From: Clostridia bacterium
Lineage (GTDB): Bacteria > Bacillota > Clostridia > CAKSNL01 > HGM11501
Length of the DNA: 64,000 nucleotides
NCBI GenBank assembly: GCA_045588365.1
Contig: JAZNEB010000024.1
Coordinates: forward strand, 114,854 to 178,853
Direction of reading: 5' to 3'
Part shown: piece by piece, positions 39,602-49,162 of the stretch
Layout of the letters: each line of letters opens with the position of its first letter
How positions within the stretch are numbered: position 1 is the stretch's first letter
Notes under the pieces: model-generated
The model's database searches: none
Told to the model about the DNA's origin: nothing
The model's input: the letters and a program-made list of their open reading frames with translations, nothing else
Translations under genes and position numbers: made by a program

Positions 39602-40540
39602 TTAGTTACATTCAGCAACAAGGGGACCTGCCAATTCAGCAAGATAGAATAATCTGCCGGGCATTGTAGGCATAAATGTTGAAGGAATGCTCTTATCGGG
39701 ACCATAGTGGAGTGTGGTAAGGAAGCTCATTCCCTGCCAACCCATTCCACGGCCAAGTGCGCCGTCGCAGCCGCCGATAATGTAGTCAGCCTGCATGAAG
39801 AGGCCGGGGCCGATGGTGTTTGCACGGCAAGGAACCAATGTTGTACGGCTCTTGAAGCTGGTGATTGCATTCTGCTCTATTGTTAAAGGATGAAGCTTTG
39901 CAGCGATTCTGTAATTCTGGCTCTTCCATTCTTCAACTGTTGCAAATTCTGCACCGAAGTGAGGCTCCCAGAAAGCGATATGGCACATTCTGCCGATACC
40001 GAATACCAAAACGAGCTTTGCGCCCTCTGCCTTTAACTTTGCAATCTTTTCAGGATATGTAGGAAGGTTCTGCTTTGTAGCAAAGTTTCTCTGGCTTTCG
40101 GGAACTGTGTTTTCTCCAAGCTTGTTGAAGAAAGCTTCCTTCATGCTGTACTCGAAGGATGCAGGATTTGTGTTGTCAAGGGTGTTACCCTCTGCATCTG
40201 CCCATTCGTCCATATTGAAGGTGTAAACGTGGTCGCACTTAATATTCCATTCGTTAATGAAATAGGAAGCCCACTTATACATACCCATGGGGCCAACGGG
40301 TAGAATCATAGCAAGCTTCTTGCCCTCTTCCTTTGCTTTCTTGATCTGCATTGCGATTTCGTGTCCCATAAGAGTATCGAACTCATAGATGTTCTGACAT
40401 TCAACGGGATTAAAATCCTTGTGCCAGAAATTTTCTCTTGCAACTCCCTTTTCGCAGCAAGCATCAATTTTCGCCATATCCCAGCCTTCGGGATAGAAGC
40501 CTTCCAAAAGGCTGCCTTTTACTGTTGATAAAAAGTCCAT
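39602..40540 (-). CDS. Glucosamine-6-phosphate deaminase/isomerase-like (NagB/6-phosphogluconolactonase superfamily) protein
   Basis: ...[16 protein letters not shown]...[14 protein letters not shown]... aligns to the NagB signature (FNLDEY). Confidence 0.6.
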   Translation of the reverse strand: MDFLSTVKGSLLEGFYPEGWDMAKIDACCEKGVARENFWHKDFNPVECQNIYEFDTLMGHEIAMQIKKAKEEGKKLAMILPVGPMGMYKWASYFINEWNIKCDHVYTFNMDEWADAEGNTLDNTNPASFEYSMKEAFFNKLGENTVPESQRNFATKQNLPTYPEKIAKLKAEGAKLVLVFGIGRMCHIAFWEPHFGAEFATVEEWKSQNYRIAAKLHPLTIEQNAITSFKSRTTLVPCRANTIGPGLFMQADYIIGGCDGALGRGMGWQGMSFLTTLHYGPDKSIPSTFMPTMPGRLFYLAELAGPLVAECN

Positions 40541-40576
40541 GATTTTTATTCCTTTCTTTATATAAATTTTAATCTT

Positions 40577-41275
40577 TTACGGTAACAATCTCTTGGTCAA
40601 CATTCTGGGCCAGGAAAGCTCCTGAATGAAACCTTCTGCATAAGGAACGCCTGACTGAATTCCTCTGAAGCGTGAGCAGGTCTTTACGAACTCAGCAAAG
40701 TCAATGTGATCGTGGTCTCTCATCCACTTAAGCTGGCTTTCATGACATTCAAGCATCTCAAGCTTTAAGTCAATTTCTTCTGTAATGTCAACATACTCTG
40801 TGGGAATGAAGTTCATTCCTGCCAGGTTGTCCATATAGAAAATGGGAGTTACTTCCGCAACGCCCTCTCTTCCGTAGTGAGGAACGCTTGCAGCAAAGGA
40901 TGCATCAAAAACAAGCTTTGATACTGCAAGATGGTCGGGCATATAGTCCGTCTTGGAATGAGTGATGATAAAATCGGGCTTTCTTTCTTTTATAAGGTCA
41001 ACAATTTTATCACGCTGTGCCATATCGCAGCCGTTGGGAAGAAGGTCGCCAATATCCATTGTTACAACTTCAATACCTGCCAAGCTGCCTGCCTTTTTAG
41101 CTTCTCCTATTCTTATTTCACGAAGCTCCTTGGGCTGGATTATTGCATGACCCATATCGCCGTTTGCCACGTGGCACACAGTAACCTTGTCGCCTCTTTT
41201 TACGCATTTTGCCAATGTTCCGCTGCATCCGATTTCTATATCATCAGGATGACATCCGATTGCTAATACATTCAT
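40577..41275 (-). CDS. PIG-L/LmbE family N-acetylglucosaminyl deacetylase
   Basis: MNVLAIGCHPDDIEIGCSGTLAKCVKRGDKVTVCHVANGDMGH: the canonical (A/C)HPDDE zinc motif. Confidence 0.75.
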   Translation of the reverse strand: MNVLAIGCHPDDIEIGCSGTLAKCVKRGDKVTVCHVANGDMGHAIIQPKELREIRIGEAKKAGSLAGIEVVTMDIGDLLPNGCDMAQRDKIVDLIKERKPDFIITHSKTDYMPDHLAVSKLVFDASFAASVPHYGREGVAEVTPIFYMDNLAGMNFIPTEYVDITEEIDLKLEMLECHESQLKWMRDHDHIDFAEFVKTCSRFRGIQSGVPYAEGFIQELSWPRMLTKRLLP

Positions 41276-41372
41276 GAATTAACCCTCTCTTTCAATATTT
41301 TCATAACGGTAAATATATAGCATACACATTGTATCATATAAATGTTAAAATTTCAAGAATTTTCTTTTATAT

Positions 41373-41409
41373 TAAAAAAAAGCTGAACGACAGTGTCGTT
41401 CAGCTTTTT
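41373..41409 (-). terminator. Terminator after the Cys-rich giant SLH gene
   Basis: AGCUGAACGACA-G-UGUCGUUCAGCU flanked by A/U runs. Confidence 0.55.
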
Positions 41410-41414
41410 ATCAC

Positions 41415-44400
41415 TTATTCATTTTTAAGATAACCGGTGAAAAATTCTGCGATTTCAGCTCTTGTTGCAAAAGCCTTAGGCATAAGATTTCCTTTGCTTC
41501 TTTCTTTTATAAATCCTTTGCCGACTGCCCAGTTCAGTGAAGAAATTGCATATTCAGAAATTTCAGAAGCATCATCAAAGTGGAGATTTTCCTCCATTGT
41601 AAGAGCGTTCATTCCTTTGTATACAGCATATCTTAACATAATTGCTGCAAGCTGTTCACGGGTAACATTTTTATCCGGTGCAAATTCGTTTTCCGTTACG
41701 CCGTTTACAATACCGTTCTGCTTTGCCCAGGATACTGCATTTCCGTAATACGCCCCCATATCCACATCGGAGAAGGGTATTGAACGATTTGTTGCAGGCT
41801 CTCCCTCTGCACGATAAAGAATTGTAACAAGCATTGCTCTTGTGAGGTTACCTTCCGGTTCAAATTCGTCATCCGATACTCCAACCATAAGATTATTGCT
41901 TACAACATATAAAACATAAGGGTAGAACTTATCTGTTTCCTTAACATCTTTGAATTCAATTTTTTCCACCTTATTCCATTTAGCAAAAAGTGTAAAGCTC
42001 TTTATCACCTTTGTATTAAAATCATAAGCTTTTTCCAGTAACTCATCGGTATACCAACCACCAAATTCAAATCCTTCTCTTACGGGAGCTTCAGGCTCTG
42101 CAATAGTTTCATTCATTTTCACAGATTTCTTTTCCACATTACTTCCGCCATTGGTTTCAAACTTCACAGTATAAACGACACTTCCTCCGCCACCGCCTGT
42201 GGCAACTCTCTTAGGTGCGTCTTTATCATTATATACAACTGCATAGGTTGAGAATTTATCCGTTTTGAAGGAGAAGCTGTTATCCCCCTTGTTGAAATTG
42301 CCTTCTATTACATCTGTAACAATATTTCCTGTTTCATCCTCGTGAATACGGATAATTCTGTAAGTTCTCTTTTTTGATTTATCCGTGTTTATAAGTTCTT
42401 CGGGAATCTCAATCGTGATAGTTATTTTGCCCGAAGTCTCCGTAATCTGTGTTTCTGCTACTTCATTATCTGAAACAACTTCCTTGAACAGTTCAATATT
42501 AAGATACATACCGATTTCCGTTGTTTCATCAAGCCCGTTTTCTTCCTCTCCGATTACAGCTTCCGCCACTTCCTTATCAGTTGCAGAAACTTCATTGACC
42601 GGAATATCTGTAACATCAAGATAAACTCCTACTGTAGCATTTCCACTTGCAACAGATGCCTGTTCCTCTTCAGTAAGAACACTGTTAAACAATTCCACTC
42701 CGTTCTGAACTTTAAGTGTTGCATTTGCTCCATTGTTTTCTGCTTTTGTTGTATTTGTAACAGCCTCTTCAACACTCTGTTCTACTATAAGAGTATCGTA
42801 TGCACCGCATTTGCAGGTTCTTTTAAAGTTACCTTCTCTGTCTTCTTTCCAGTCCCCAAAGCTATGAGCTTTTACAACTTCTTCAGAACATACAGAGCAT
42901 TTTCCGCTGTGCGTTCCATCCTTATTATCAGCCCAGGAATTCACCTTGTGCTCAGCCTTTTCTGCTGCCGTACAGGTTTCGCCGTTTTCACAATAGCGTA
43001 TATGGCCGCTTTCGCCGCCTGTTTCCCAAGCTCCAAAGCGATGTTTGTGCTTAAGCATGGGAATTGCTTCATCCATGCTGTGACTGCATACAAGGCAGGT
43101 ATAGGTAATTACGCCTTCTTCGGTTTCTGTTGCTTCCTTTGTTATTTCGCCGTCATTCCACATATGGTTCTGACGCTGATATGCCGTGCATCCGTTTTCG
43201 TTTATGCAAACGTGTGTATGTGTTTCATCATCATCGGCAATCCATTTACCAAAGCTGTGGTCGCACACAATTTTTGAAATAACCTCGGATTTTTCAAATC
43301 CACAATCAACGCAGGCATATTTCTTAATACCGGTTTCTGTTACTGTTGCCTCTTTTACTGTCTCGCCTTCATCTAAAGCATGCTCCCTGGTGCGTTCTCC
43401 TTTGCAAACAGAACAGGTCTTTTTATGAGCAGTGCCTCCTTCTGAAGTCCACTTGCTCCATTCATGGTTTTCTGTTTCAGATATACCGCAGCCTTCACGC
43501 TTACAGCTATGCGAATGTACATCTGCCACCGCATTAACGCCGGTATCTTCCCATTCATCCCAGTCGTGGTCTAAAGCAGGAAGTATTACATCTTCCTCAT
43601 TAAGCTTGCTGTTTCCTTCTATATCACTAAATTTGCCATTACATCCTTCGCAGCAGTAATAGGAAATGTTTCCGTCTTCGGTACAGGTAGCAGCTTTTCC
43701 GGGGGTATTCGTCATTTTATGCTTATGTTCAAGAACCGGTATTTCACGTTCATCAATATGGCTATTGTCATTCTGACATATGCGCTGTTCCGTACCTTCC
43801 GTTGTTTCTGTGGGAGCGACAACTACTTCCCAGTCACTCCATTTATGACCGAGGGCAGGACGTGTTGTATAATTTTCATAGCCGCATACATCGCAGGATA
43901 TGTAATTCTGTCCCTCATCATCGCAGGTCTCGGCCTGAACTACTTCGCTTTTAATGTTATGCGTTTCCGTTTCGGAGAAATCGCAGCCCTCGTTAAGGCA
44001 AAAATGTATATGCTCATCTGCATCTTTGCTTTCCCACTTGCCTAAATTATGATTATCAGGCTCAGATGCCACACTTTCTTCCTTGTTTTCCGGACAATGC
44101 TGGCAGGTGTAGAGTATGGATCCTTCTTTTACGCAAGTAGGCTCTGTTATGCTCTTTCCATTGTCCCATTCGTGTTCTTCTGTGCGTGTTCCCTCACAAA
44201 CAGAGCAGGTCTTTTTGTGATTTTCTTTTCCGTCTGTATCCCACTTTCCAAAGTCGTGGGTGTCTTCTTCCGTTTCACCGCATTCCTTTACAAGACAGAT
44301 TCGGCTGTGCTTATCTTCACCGACATCTTCCCACTTGCTCCATTCGTGCTCTGTAACTTTAATAGCTTCGGTATTTGTAGCGCCACATTCGCTTGTACAG

Positions 44401-46688
44401 GTATATGTTGTTTCGCCTTCTTCATAGCAGGTAGGAGCTTTTGTTTCCGTTCCGTCATCCCAGGTGTGGTCTTCGGTTTTAGTTTTGCCGCATTCACAGC
44501 TTCCTGTATGGGTGCCGTCTTCGTTATCCTTCCAGTTTGTAAATTCGCAGGTGTGATTATCTACTGTAGGAACATCGTAACGGTAGAGGCTTATGGCATA
44601 CTGGTTATCATTGGTGGGTGTGGTATCAGTTTCGGAATCCCAACCCTCAGAACCTACCAGAGCCCAGTCTTCACCGCAGATAAAGTAATATTCGGTATCG
44701 CCATCTTCGTTGACGTACTCACGGAAACGAAGTGTAAACATGGCTCCGCCTATAGCGTAGTAGTTGGCAGGATACATAAGCAAGTCGCCTTCTGCTATGT
44801 TTTCATCTATGTTGCCTCGCGCTACCTGTTCGGCGTGGGTATAACCGTCCATATCGTCACGGTATGTGTCATCATCCACCTCTGTAGTGTAGAAATCGAT
44901 TGCCCACGCACCGCCGTCCCACATACCATACTCACCATTAACATAACGTGGAACACCCATATAGCCGGTATTATAAAGGCTATAACTCTGGAATGAATAA
45001 ACGCAATAGTTGGGAAGCAAAGGCATAACCGTAGTCAATCCCATCTCCGTAAAATTCCATTGTTCGGGATTTACGTCAAGCATAAATTCCGAAGGAACTG
45101 CATTTCCCACATAATTCTGATTGAGCAGTGAAATGCTTCCGTCCTCATACGGAACAACTTCAATGGCATTGATGTTTTCACCGCAATCAATAATTCCCTG
45201 TTCATTGGTTTCTCCCGAAGTTTCTTCATCAAGACCTCCCAAAGCAAAATACTTATCGCCGATTTTTGCAACAAAGATATACATATCTTCTTCGTTGATA
45301 TCATCAAGTGAAGTTATTTTTGTGTAAACGGGATTTTCGAGACCGCAGTTATCGCATTTTCCCGTATCTGTATTAAATGCGTGACCTGTAGCCGGAACCT
45401 TTGAAGCCATAGCTTCTTCCCAATACTCATTTTCTTTGCTCTCATCCATAAACATTCCGCAATCTTCACAAAGCCAATATGGGCCGGAACCCGGTTCAAA
45501 GCAAGAAGGTTCTATTACCTCACCTTCTATGTGTATTGCATTCGGATGCCATATCTCGCCGCAGTTGTCACAATAGTTATCATCGCCGTATTCATGACCT
45601 GGAGCATAAACGGTGAGATAATATTCATAATTGCTGTAACCTTCGGGAAGCACGATATACTCCGTTGCTTCGGCGTTGGCAAAATATATCTTACAATCCT
45701 CGCAGTACCAGTATTCAAGGTTTCCGTCCTCTGTGCAGGTTGCTTCAACTGCCGCATTATGTATCATATCCGGGTGCTCACAACGTTCCATATACAGCAT
45801 AATGTTATGGGCACGGTTGTCAATAGCGTCACCGTTTTCATCCTCGGACCAGGAAAGTACCGCGGAAAATTTCGGCTGAGCACCACTGTCATCAAACAGT
45901 ATCAGTGGGCTGTTAAGTGCCCATCCGAAAAGATATCCCTTGTCAGCTGCGTAATCACTCAGTTCCGTACTCTGTTCAAAACGGATGGACTGGGGAAAAA
46001 CGTCATAAGAGGTATCTACGTCGCAGAGATTCTCTCCGTGAACCACGATTTTTCCGTCCAAAACCGTCATATATCCATTATCGGGCGAAAGGATATATGT
46101 ATCCGAAAGTTCTTTATAGGTGAAAAACTCTACTGTATCAGAATCTACCGTAACAGAACCGTCTTCTTCAACAAATTCGGAAAGGTCTATTGCCACACGT
46201 GAACCGTCTTCATTTGTTTCGTTGCCCATTGCGTAGAGCTTTCCGTTATACTCTCCCACAAACAGGAATTTAAAACCGTCCAGATATGGGGTTAATGTGT
46301 GCATACCGCTATTTGCATAGTCATCCTCGTCATAATAAGGATGCTCGGAAGGCACAAAAAGTTCAAAATTCTCTTCAGTTTTACTGTACTCACAGCCCAC
46401 ACAATCATTGCTGTGTACTCCGGGGGTGATAACAACATCTGCCGGTGAAATTTCCTCAGTCATCCCCTCGTCAGAGTAACATTTATCGCAGGTATAATAA
46501 CTGCAGTACCAGAACTCGATATTCCCCGGCGTGGTGCAGTTGCCCATAGTAGCCTCGATATGGGTAACACTGCCGCTGTGCGATGCATGAGCATTTTCTT
46601 CCGCAAGTGCAACCGCCGGCATCAAGCCCGCAATCATAATTATAGCCATAACTACGCCCATCAGTTTCCTGAATTTTCTTATTTTCAT
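41415..46688 (-). CDS. Giant (1757 aa) secreted Cys/His-rich repeat protein with a Listeria-Bacteroides repeat and three C-terminal SLH domains
   Basis: Signal peptide MKIRKFRKLMGVVMAIIMIAGLMPAVALA. About 20 reiterated modules of about 30 aa of the form H.W......H...C...C / E.TC...G...Y.C..C; ...EGFEFGGWYTDELLEKAYDFNTKV... (Flg_new-like). C terminus has three SLH repeats (FKDVKETDKFYPYVLYVVSNNLMVGV..., FSDVDMGAYYGNAVSWAKQNGIVNGV..., FDDASEISEYAISSLNWAVGKGFIKE...). Confidence 0.8.
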   Translation of the reverse strand: MKIRKFRKLMGVVMAIIMIAGLMPAVALAEENAHASHSGSVTHIEATMGNCTTPGNIEFWYCSYYTCDKCYSDEGMTEEISPADVVITPGVHSNDCVGCEYSKTEENFELFVPSEHPYYDEDDYANSGMHTLTPYLDGFKFLFVGEYNGKLYAMGNETNEDGSRVAIDLSEFVEEDGSVTVDSDTVEFFTYKELSDTYILSPDNGYMTVLDGKIVVHGENLCDVDTSYDVFPQSIRFEQSTELSDYAADKGYLFGWALNSPLILFDDSGAQPKFSAVLSWSEDENGDAIDNRAHNIMLYMERCEHPDMIHNAAVEATCTEDGNLEYWYCEDCKIYFANAEATEYIVLPEGYSNYEYYLTVYAPGHEYGDDNYCDNCGEIWHPNAIHIEGEVIEPSCFEPGSGPYWLCEDCGMFMDESKENEYWEEAMASKVPATGHAFNTDTGKCDNCGLENPVYTKITSLDDINEEDMYIFVAKIGDKYFALGGLDEETSGETNEQGIIDCGENINAIEVVPYEDGSISLLNQNYVGNAVPSEFMLDVNPEQWNFTEMGLTTVMPLLPNYCVYSFQSYSLYNTGYMGVPRYVNGEYGMWDGGAWAIDFYTTEVDDDTYRDDMDGYTHAEQVARGNIDENIAEGDLLMYPANYYAIGGAMFTLRFREYVNEDGDTEYYFICGEDWALVGSEGWDSETDTTPTNDNQYAISLYRYDVPTVDNHTCEFTNWKDNEDGTHTGSCECGKTKTEDHTWDDGTETKAPTCYEEGETTYTCTSECGATNTEAIKVTEHEWSKWEDVGEDKHSRICLVKECGETEEDTHDFGKWDTDGKENHKKTCSVCEGTRTEEHEWDNGKSITEPTCVKEGSILYTCQHCPENKEESVASEPDNHNLGKWESKDADEHIHFCLNEGCDFSETETHNIKSEVVQAETCDDEGQNYISCDVCGYENYTTRPALGHKWSDWEVVVAPTETTEGTEQRICQNDNSHIDEREIPVLEHKHKMTNTPGKAATCTEDGNISYYCCEGCNGKFSDIEGNSKLNEEDVILPALDHDWDEWEDTGVNAVADVHSHSCKREGCGISETENHEWSKWTSEGGTAHKKTCSVCKGERTREHALDEGETVKEATVTETGIKKYACVDCGFEKSEVISKIVCDHSFGKWIADDDETHTHVCINENGCTAYQRQNHMWNDGEITKEATETEEGVITYTCLVCSHSMDEAIPMLKHKHRFGAWETGGESGHIRYCENGETCTAAEKAEHKVNSWADNKDGTHSGKCSVCSEEVVKAHSFGDWKEDREGNFKRTCKCGAYDTLIVEQSVEEAVTNTTKAENNGANATLKVQNGVELFNSVLTEEEQASVASGNATVGVYLDVTDIPVNEVSATDKEVAEAVIGEEENGLDETTEIGMYLNIELFKEVVSDNEVAETQITETSGKITITIEIPEELINTDKSKKRTYRIIRIHEDETGNIVTDVIEGNFNKGDNSFSFKTDKFSTYAVVYNDKDAPKRVATGGGGGSVVYTVKFETNGGSNVEKKSVKMNETIAEPEAPVREGFEFGGWYTDELLEKAYDFNTKVIKSFTLFAKWNKVEKIEFKDVKETDKFYPYVLYVVSNNLMVGVSDDEFEPEGNLTRAMLVTILYRAEGEPATNRSIPFSDVDMGAYYGNAVSWAKQNGIVNGVTENEFAPDKNVTREQLAAIMLRYAVYKGMNALTMEENLHFDDASEISEYAISSLNWAVGKGFIKERSKGNLMPKAFATRAEIAEFFTGYLKNE

Positions 46689-46896
46689 ATCCGTCTCTCC
46701 TTTTCATATTGCATAATCGCACTTTCCGTTGACTAAAACAACCTCTTGTGCTATAATCTTATTATAAAATAAGTTTTATAATAAAACCCCACACTTTTTT
46801 AAAAAATTGGTGTGGGAAAGATGAAAAAGTGTGGGATTTGGTGTGGTACAGGTTGAAAAAGCTGCTTTTAAGAGGCGGGATCTTCTGGGAGATAAT

Positions 46897-47952
46897 ATGA
46901 TGAAAAAGAATTTTTCCGGCATACTTTTAATGCTTATTATGGCGATTTTCCTATCAGGCTGCAGCACTATCGGAAGCAAAACAGCCAATATGTCCGTTAT
47001 TTACTTAGTAACTTCGATAGTTTCTTTGCTGCTTTTAATTGCATACTTCATATTTATAGAAAAGAAGGAAATCTGGTTTTCGCTTTTGTTTATTTCGGTA
47101 TTCATTGTTAATACAGGTTATTTTTTACTGTCTGTTTCTGAAACTCTCGAAAAAGCACTTGTCTCTAACCGCATTGCTTATTTGGGCTCGGCATTTTTGC
47201 CCTTGTCAATGCTTATGACAATTATAAATGTTTCCAGGCTTAACTACAGAAAGTGGGTTCCTGCTGTTTTACTAGGAATTACACTCATCGCCCTTTTCAT
47301 TGCTGCCAGCCCAGGATATAGTGATATTTACTATAAATCTATTACACTTGAAGTCATAAACGGGGTATCCTTCCTTAAGAAAGAATATGGAGCATGGCAT
47401 GCTTTTTATCTTTATTATCTGGTATTATATTTCGCTTTGATGATCGCCATAACTATCTATGCTGCAGCAAAAAGAAATATTAAATCGGGTATTCAATCGG
47501 CAATAATTTTAGTATCGGTATTCGTAAATCTCTGCGTATGGTTGTTGGGCCAGCTTATAGATATGAACTTTGAATTTTTATCCATATCCTACATAATCAG
47601 CGAGCTGTTTCTCATTTCTGTATATCTGATGGTACAGAATGTCGAAAATCGTTTGAATGCGGTTTCGGAAAGTTCAGCTGTTTCAGAAGACTCCTCAACC
47701 GGAAAAGAAACAATCTCTGAAATGTATATGGAAAAATGCAGATATCTCGAAAAAAATGTTTCAACTCTTACACCAACCGAAAAAGTTATTTATAATTTTT
47801 ATCTTTCAGGTAAATCCACCAAAGAAATCATGAAGGAACTGAACATAACCGAAAACACCTTGAAATTCCACAATAAGAACATTTATTCAAAACTCGGGGT
47901 AACATCCAGAAAACAGCTTTTGGAATATGTAAATATCCTTAAATCAATTTAA
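46897..47952 (+). CDS. Membrane-bound LuxR-family transcriptional regulator (polytopic N-terminal domain + C-terminal HTH_LuxR)
   Basis: Six or more TM helices, then TPTEKVIYNFYLSGKSTKEIMKELNITENTLKFHNKNIYSKLGV (GerE/LuxR HTH); divergent from the Cys-rich SLH gene. Start taken at the MMKKNF ATG. Confidence 0.7.
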   Translation: MMKKNFSGILLMLIMAIFLSGCSTIGSKTANMSVIYLVTSIVSLLLLIAYFIFIEKKEIWFSLLFISVFIVNTGYFLLSVSETLEKALVSNRIAYLGSAFLPLSMLMTIINVSRLNYRKWVPAVLLGITLIALFIAASPGYSDIYYKSITLEVINGVSFLKKEYGAWHAFYLYYLVLYFALMIAITIYAAAKRNIKSGIQSAIILVSVFVNLCVWLLGQLIDMNFEFLSISYIISELFLISVYLMVQNVENRLNAVSESSAVSEDSSTGKETISEMYMEKCRYLEKNVSTLTPTEKVIYNFYLSGKSTKEIMKELNITENTLKFHNKNIYSKLGVTSRKQLLEYVNILKSI

Positions 47953-47960
47953 AAGAAAAT

Positions 47961-47990
47961 AAAAGAGTCCGAAGGACTCTTTTATTTTCT
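47961..47990. terminator. Bidirectional terminator between the LuxR regulator and the lipoprotein gene
   Basis: AAAGAGTCC-GAA-GGACTCTTT flanked by A/T runs. Confidence 0.6.
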
Positions 47991-48623
47991 TTTAAATTTT
48001 GTTTCTTTGAGGATTTCCCAGAACATATCAACCGTAGCTGCCTCTTTTCCCTCTTCCTCTCTGGAATTTGAGACAAACTCAAGACTGTTTCTTCCAAGCT
48101 CATAGTTAACATAAAAAGTTGCTTTCGAAAGGGCCTCGGGAGTATCCGCAGAATAAAGCTTATTTCCGTCGGTTTTATAGTAAAGCTCTGCATCAACATT
48201 ACCTAAAACTCCCAGAACGTCAACGCTTTCTATCATTCCTTTTAAAAGCTCATCCTCGCTCATACCCTTGGATGCAAGCAAATCGCTTAAATTCACATTA
48301 AGTTCATCCGCTAAAGACCCAAGGTACGCCAAAAGCGGCTTTCTTAATATCTCAAGCATCTTTTCCGATGCCTCGTCAAAGGTCTCCTCATCAAGATACA
48401 TCTTATATTTCCCGTCGTTGCCGAACTCGTAATACATTCCCACTTCGAGACCTTTATAGTTAACCTTTGTAAAATCCTCCCCTACCTCGGAGAACATTTC
48501 CTCGGCAAGCTCACTTATGTCAAGCTTTCCGTACCAGGTTCCAACCAGTGTTTTCTCGTTGCAGCCCGTAACAAAAAGTGTTGTTATAAAAATCAGGCAC
48601 AATATAAATGTGATTTTTTTCAT
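47982..48623 (-). CDS. Lipoprotein of unknown function
   Basis: MKKITFILCLIFITTLFVTGC lipobox; 213 aa, acidic. Confidence 0.5.
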   Translation of the reverse strand: MKKITFILCLIFITTLFVTGCNEKTLVGTWYGKLDISELAEEMFSEVGEDFTKVNYKGLEVGMYYEFGNDGKYKMYLDEETFDEASEKMLEILRKPLLAYLGSLADELNVNLSDLLASKGMSEDELLKGMIESVDVLGVLGNVDAELYYKTDGNKLYSADTPEALSKATFYVNYELGRNSLEFVSNSREEEGKEAATVDMFWEILKETKFKRK

Positions 48624-48653
48624 AATATCCTCCTTAAGCCAAGCCCATAAGAC

Positions 48654-49160
48654 TTATAAATTCGTTACTTTTCTTATGGTTGCAGCACCTTTTTCTAAAG
48701 ATACGCTTCCTGTACGGCATATTTCCAGAATATTGAAATCTCTCATCAGGTCGATAAACTCGTCAATCTTTCTGGTATCTCCCGTGAGACGGAACATAAT
48801 AGCTTCTTTTGTATAGTTGACGGTTTTTGCTCCGAAAGCATCTGCCGCCGTTAAAATATCCTCTCTTGTCCCGGGATTGTTTTCCATCTTAATCAGCATA
48901 AGCTCCGAGCTTACGGTTTCTTCTTTATTAAGCTCTCTTATGGAGGACACGTCAGGCAATTTATAAAGCTGATTTATAAGCTGTTCCTTGTTAAGCTCAT
49001 CACCGTCGAAAACCACGGTAATTCTGGAATATTCATTAGATTCCGTTTCGCTCACCGTAAGAGCACTTATATTAAAGCGTCTTCTTCTGAACATACTGGT
49101 AACTCTGTTTAATACACCAAATCTGTTTCTTACCAAAACCGCCAATGTATATCTTTCCAT
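48654..49160 (-). CDS. ilvH: Acetolactate synthase small (regulatory) subunit
   Basis: MERYTLAVLVRNRFGVLNRVTSMFRRRRFNISALTV... ACT domain plus C-terminal domain; 168 aa; directly downstream of ilvB. Confidence 0.85.
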   Translation of the reverse strand: MERYTLAVLVRNRFGVLNRVTSMFRRRRFNISALTVSETESNEYSRITVVFDGDELNKEQLINQLYKLPDVSSIRELNKEETVSSELMLIKMENNPGTREDILTAADAFGAKTVNYTKEAIMFRLTGDTRKIDEFIDLMRDFNILEICRTGSVSLEKGAATIRKVTNL

Positions 49161-49162
49161 TA

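Noticed and set aside
43719-46202. Long plus-strand ORFs (44049-44996, 315 aa; 45531-46202, 223 aa) opposite the Cys-rich giant gene
   Set aside because: Low-complexity Cys/Phe-rich translations antisense to a compositionally biased, clearly coding minus-strand gene; no starts with RBS.
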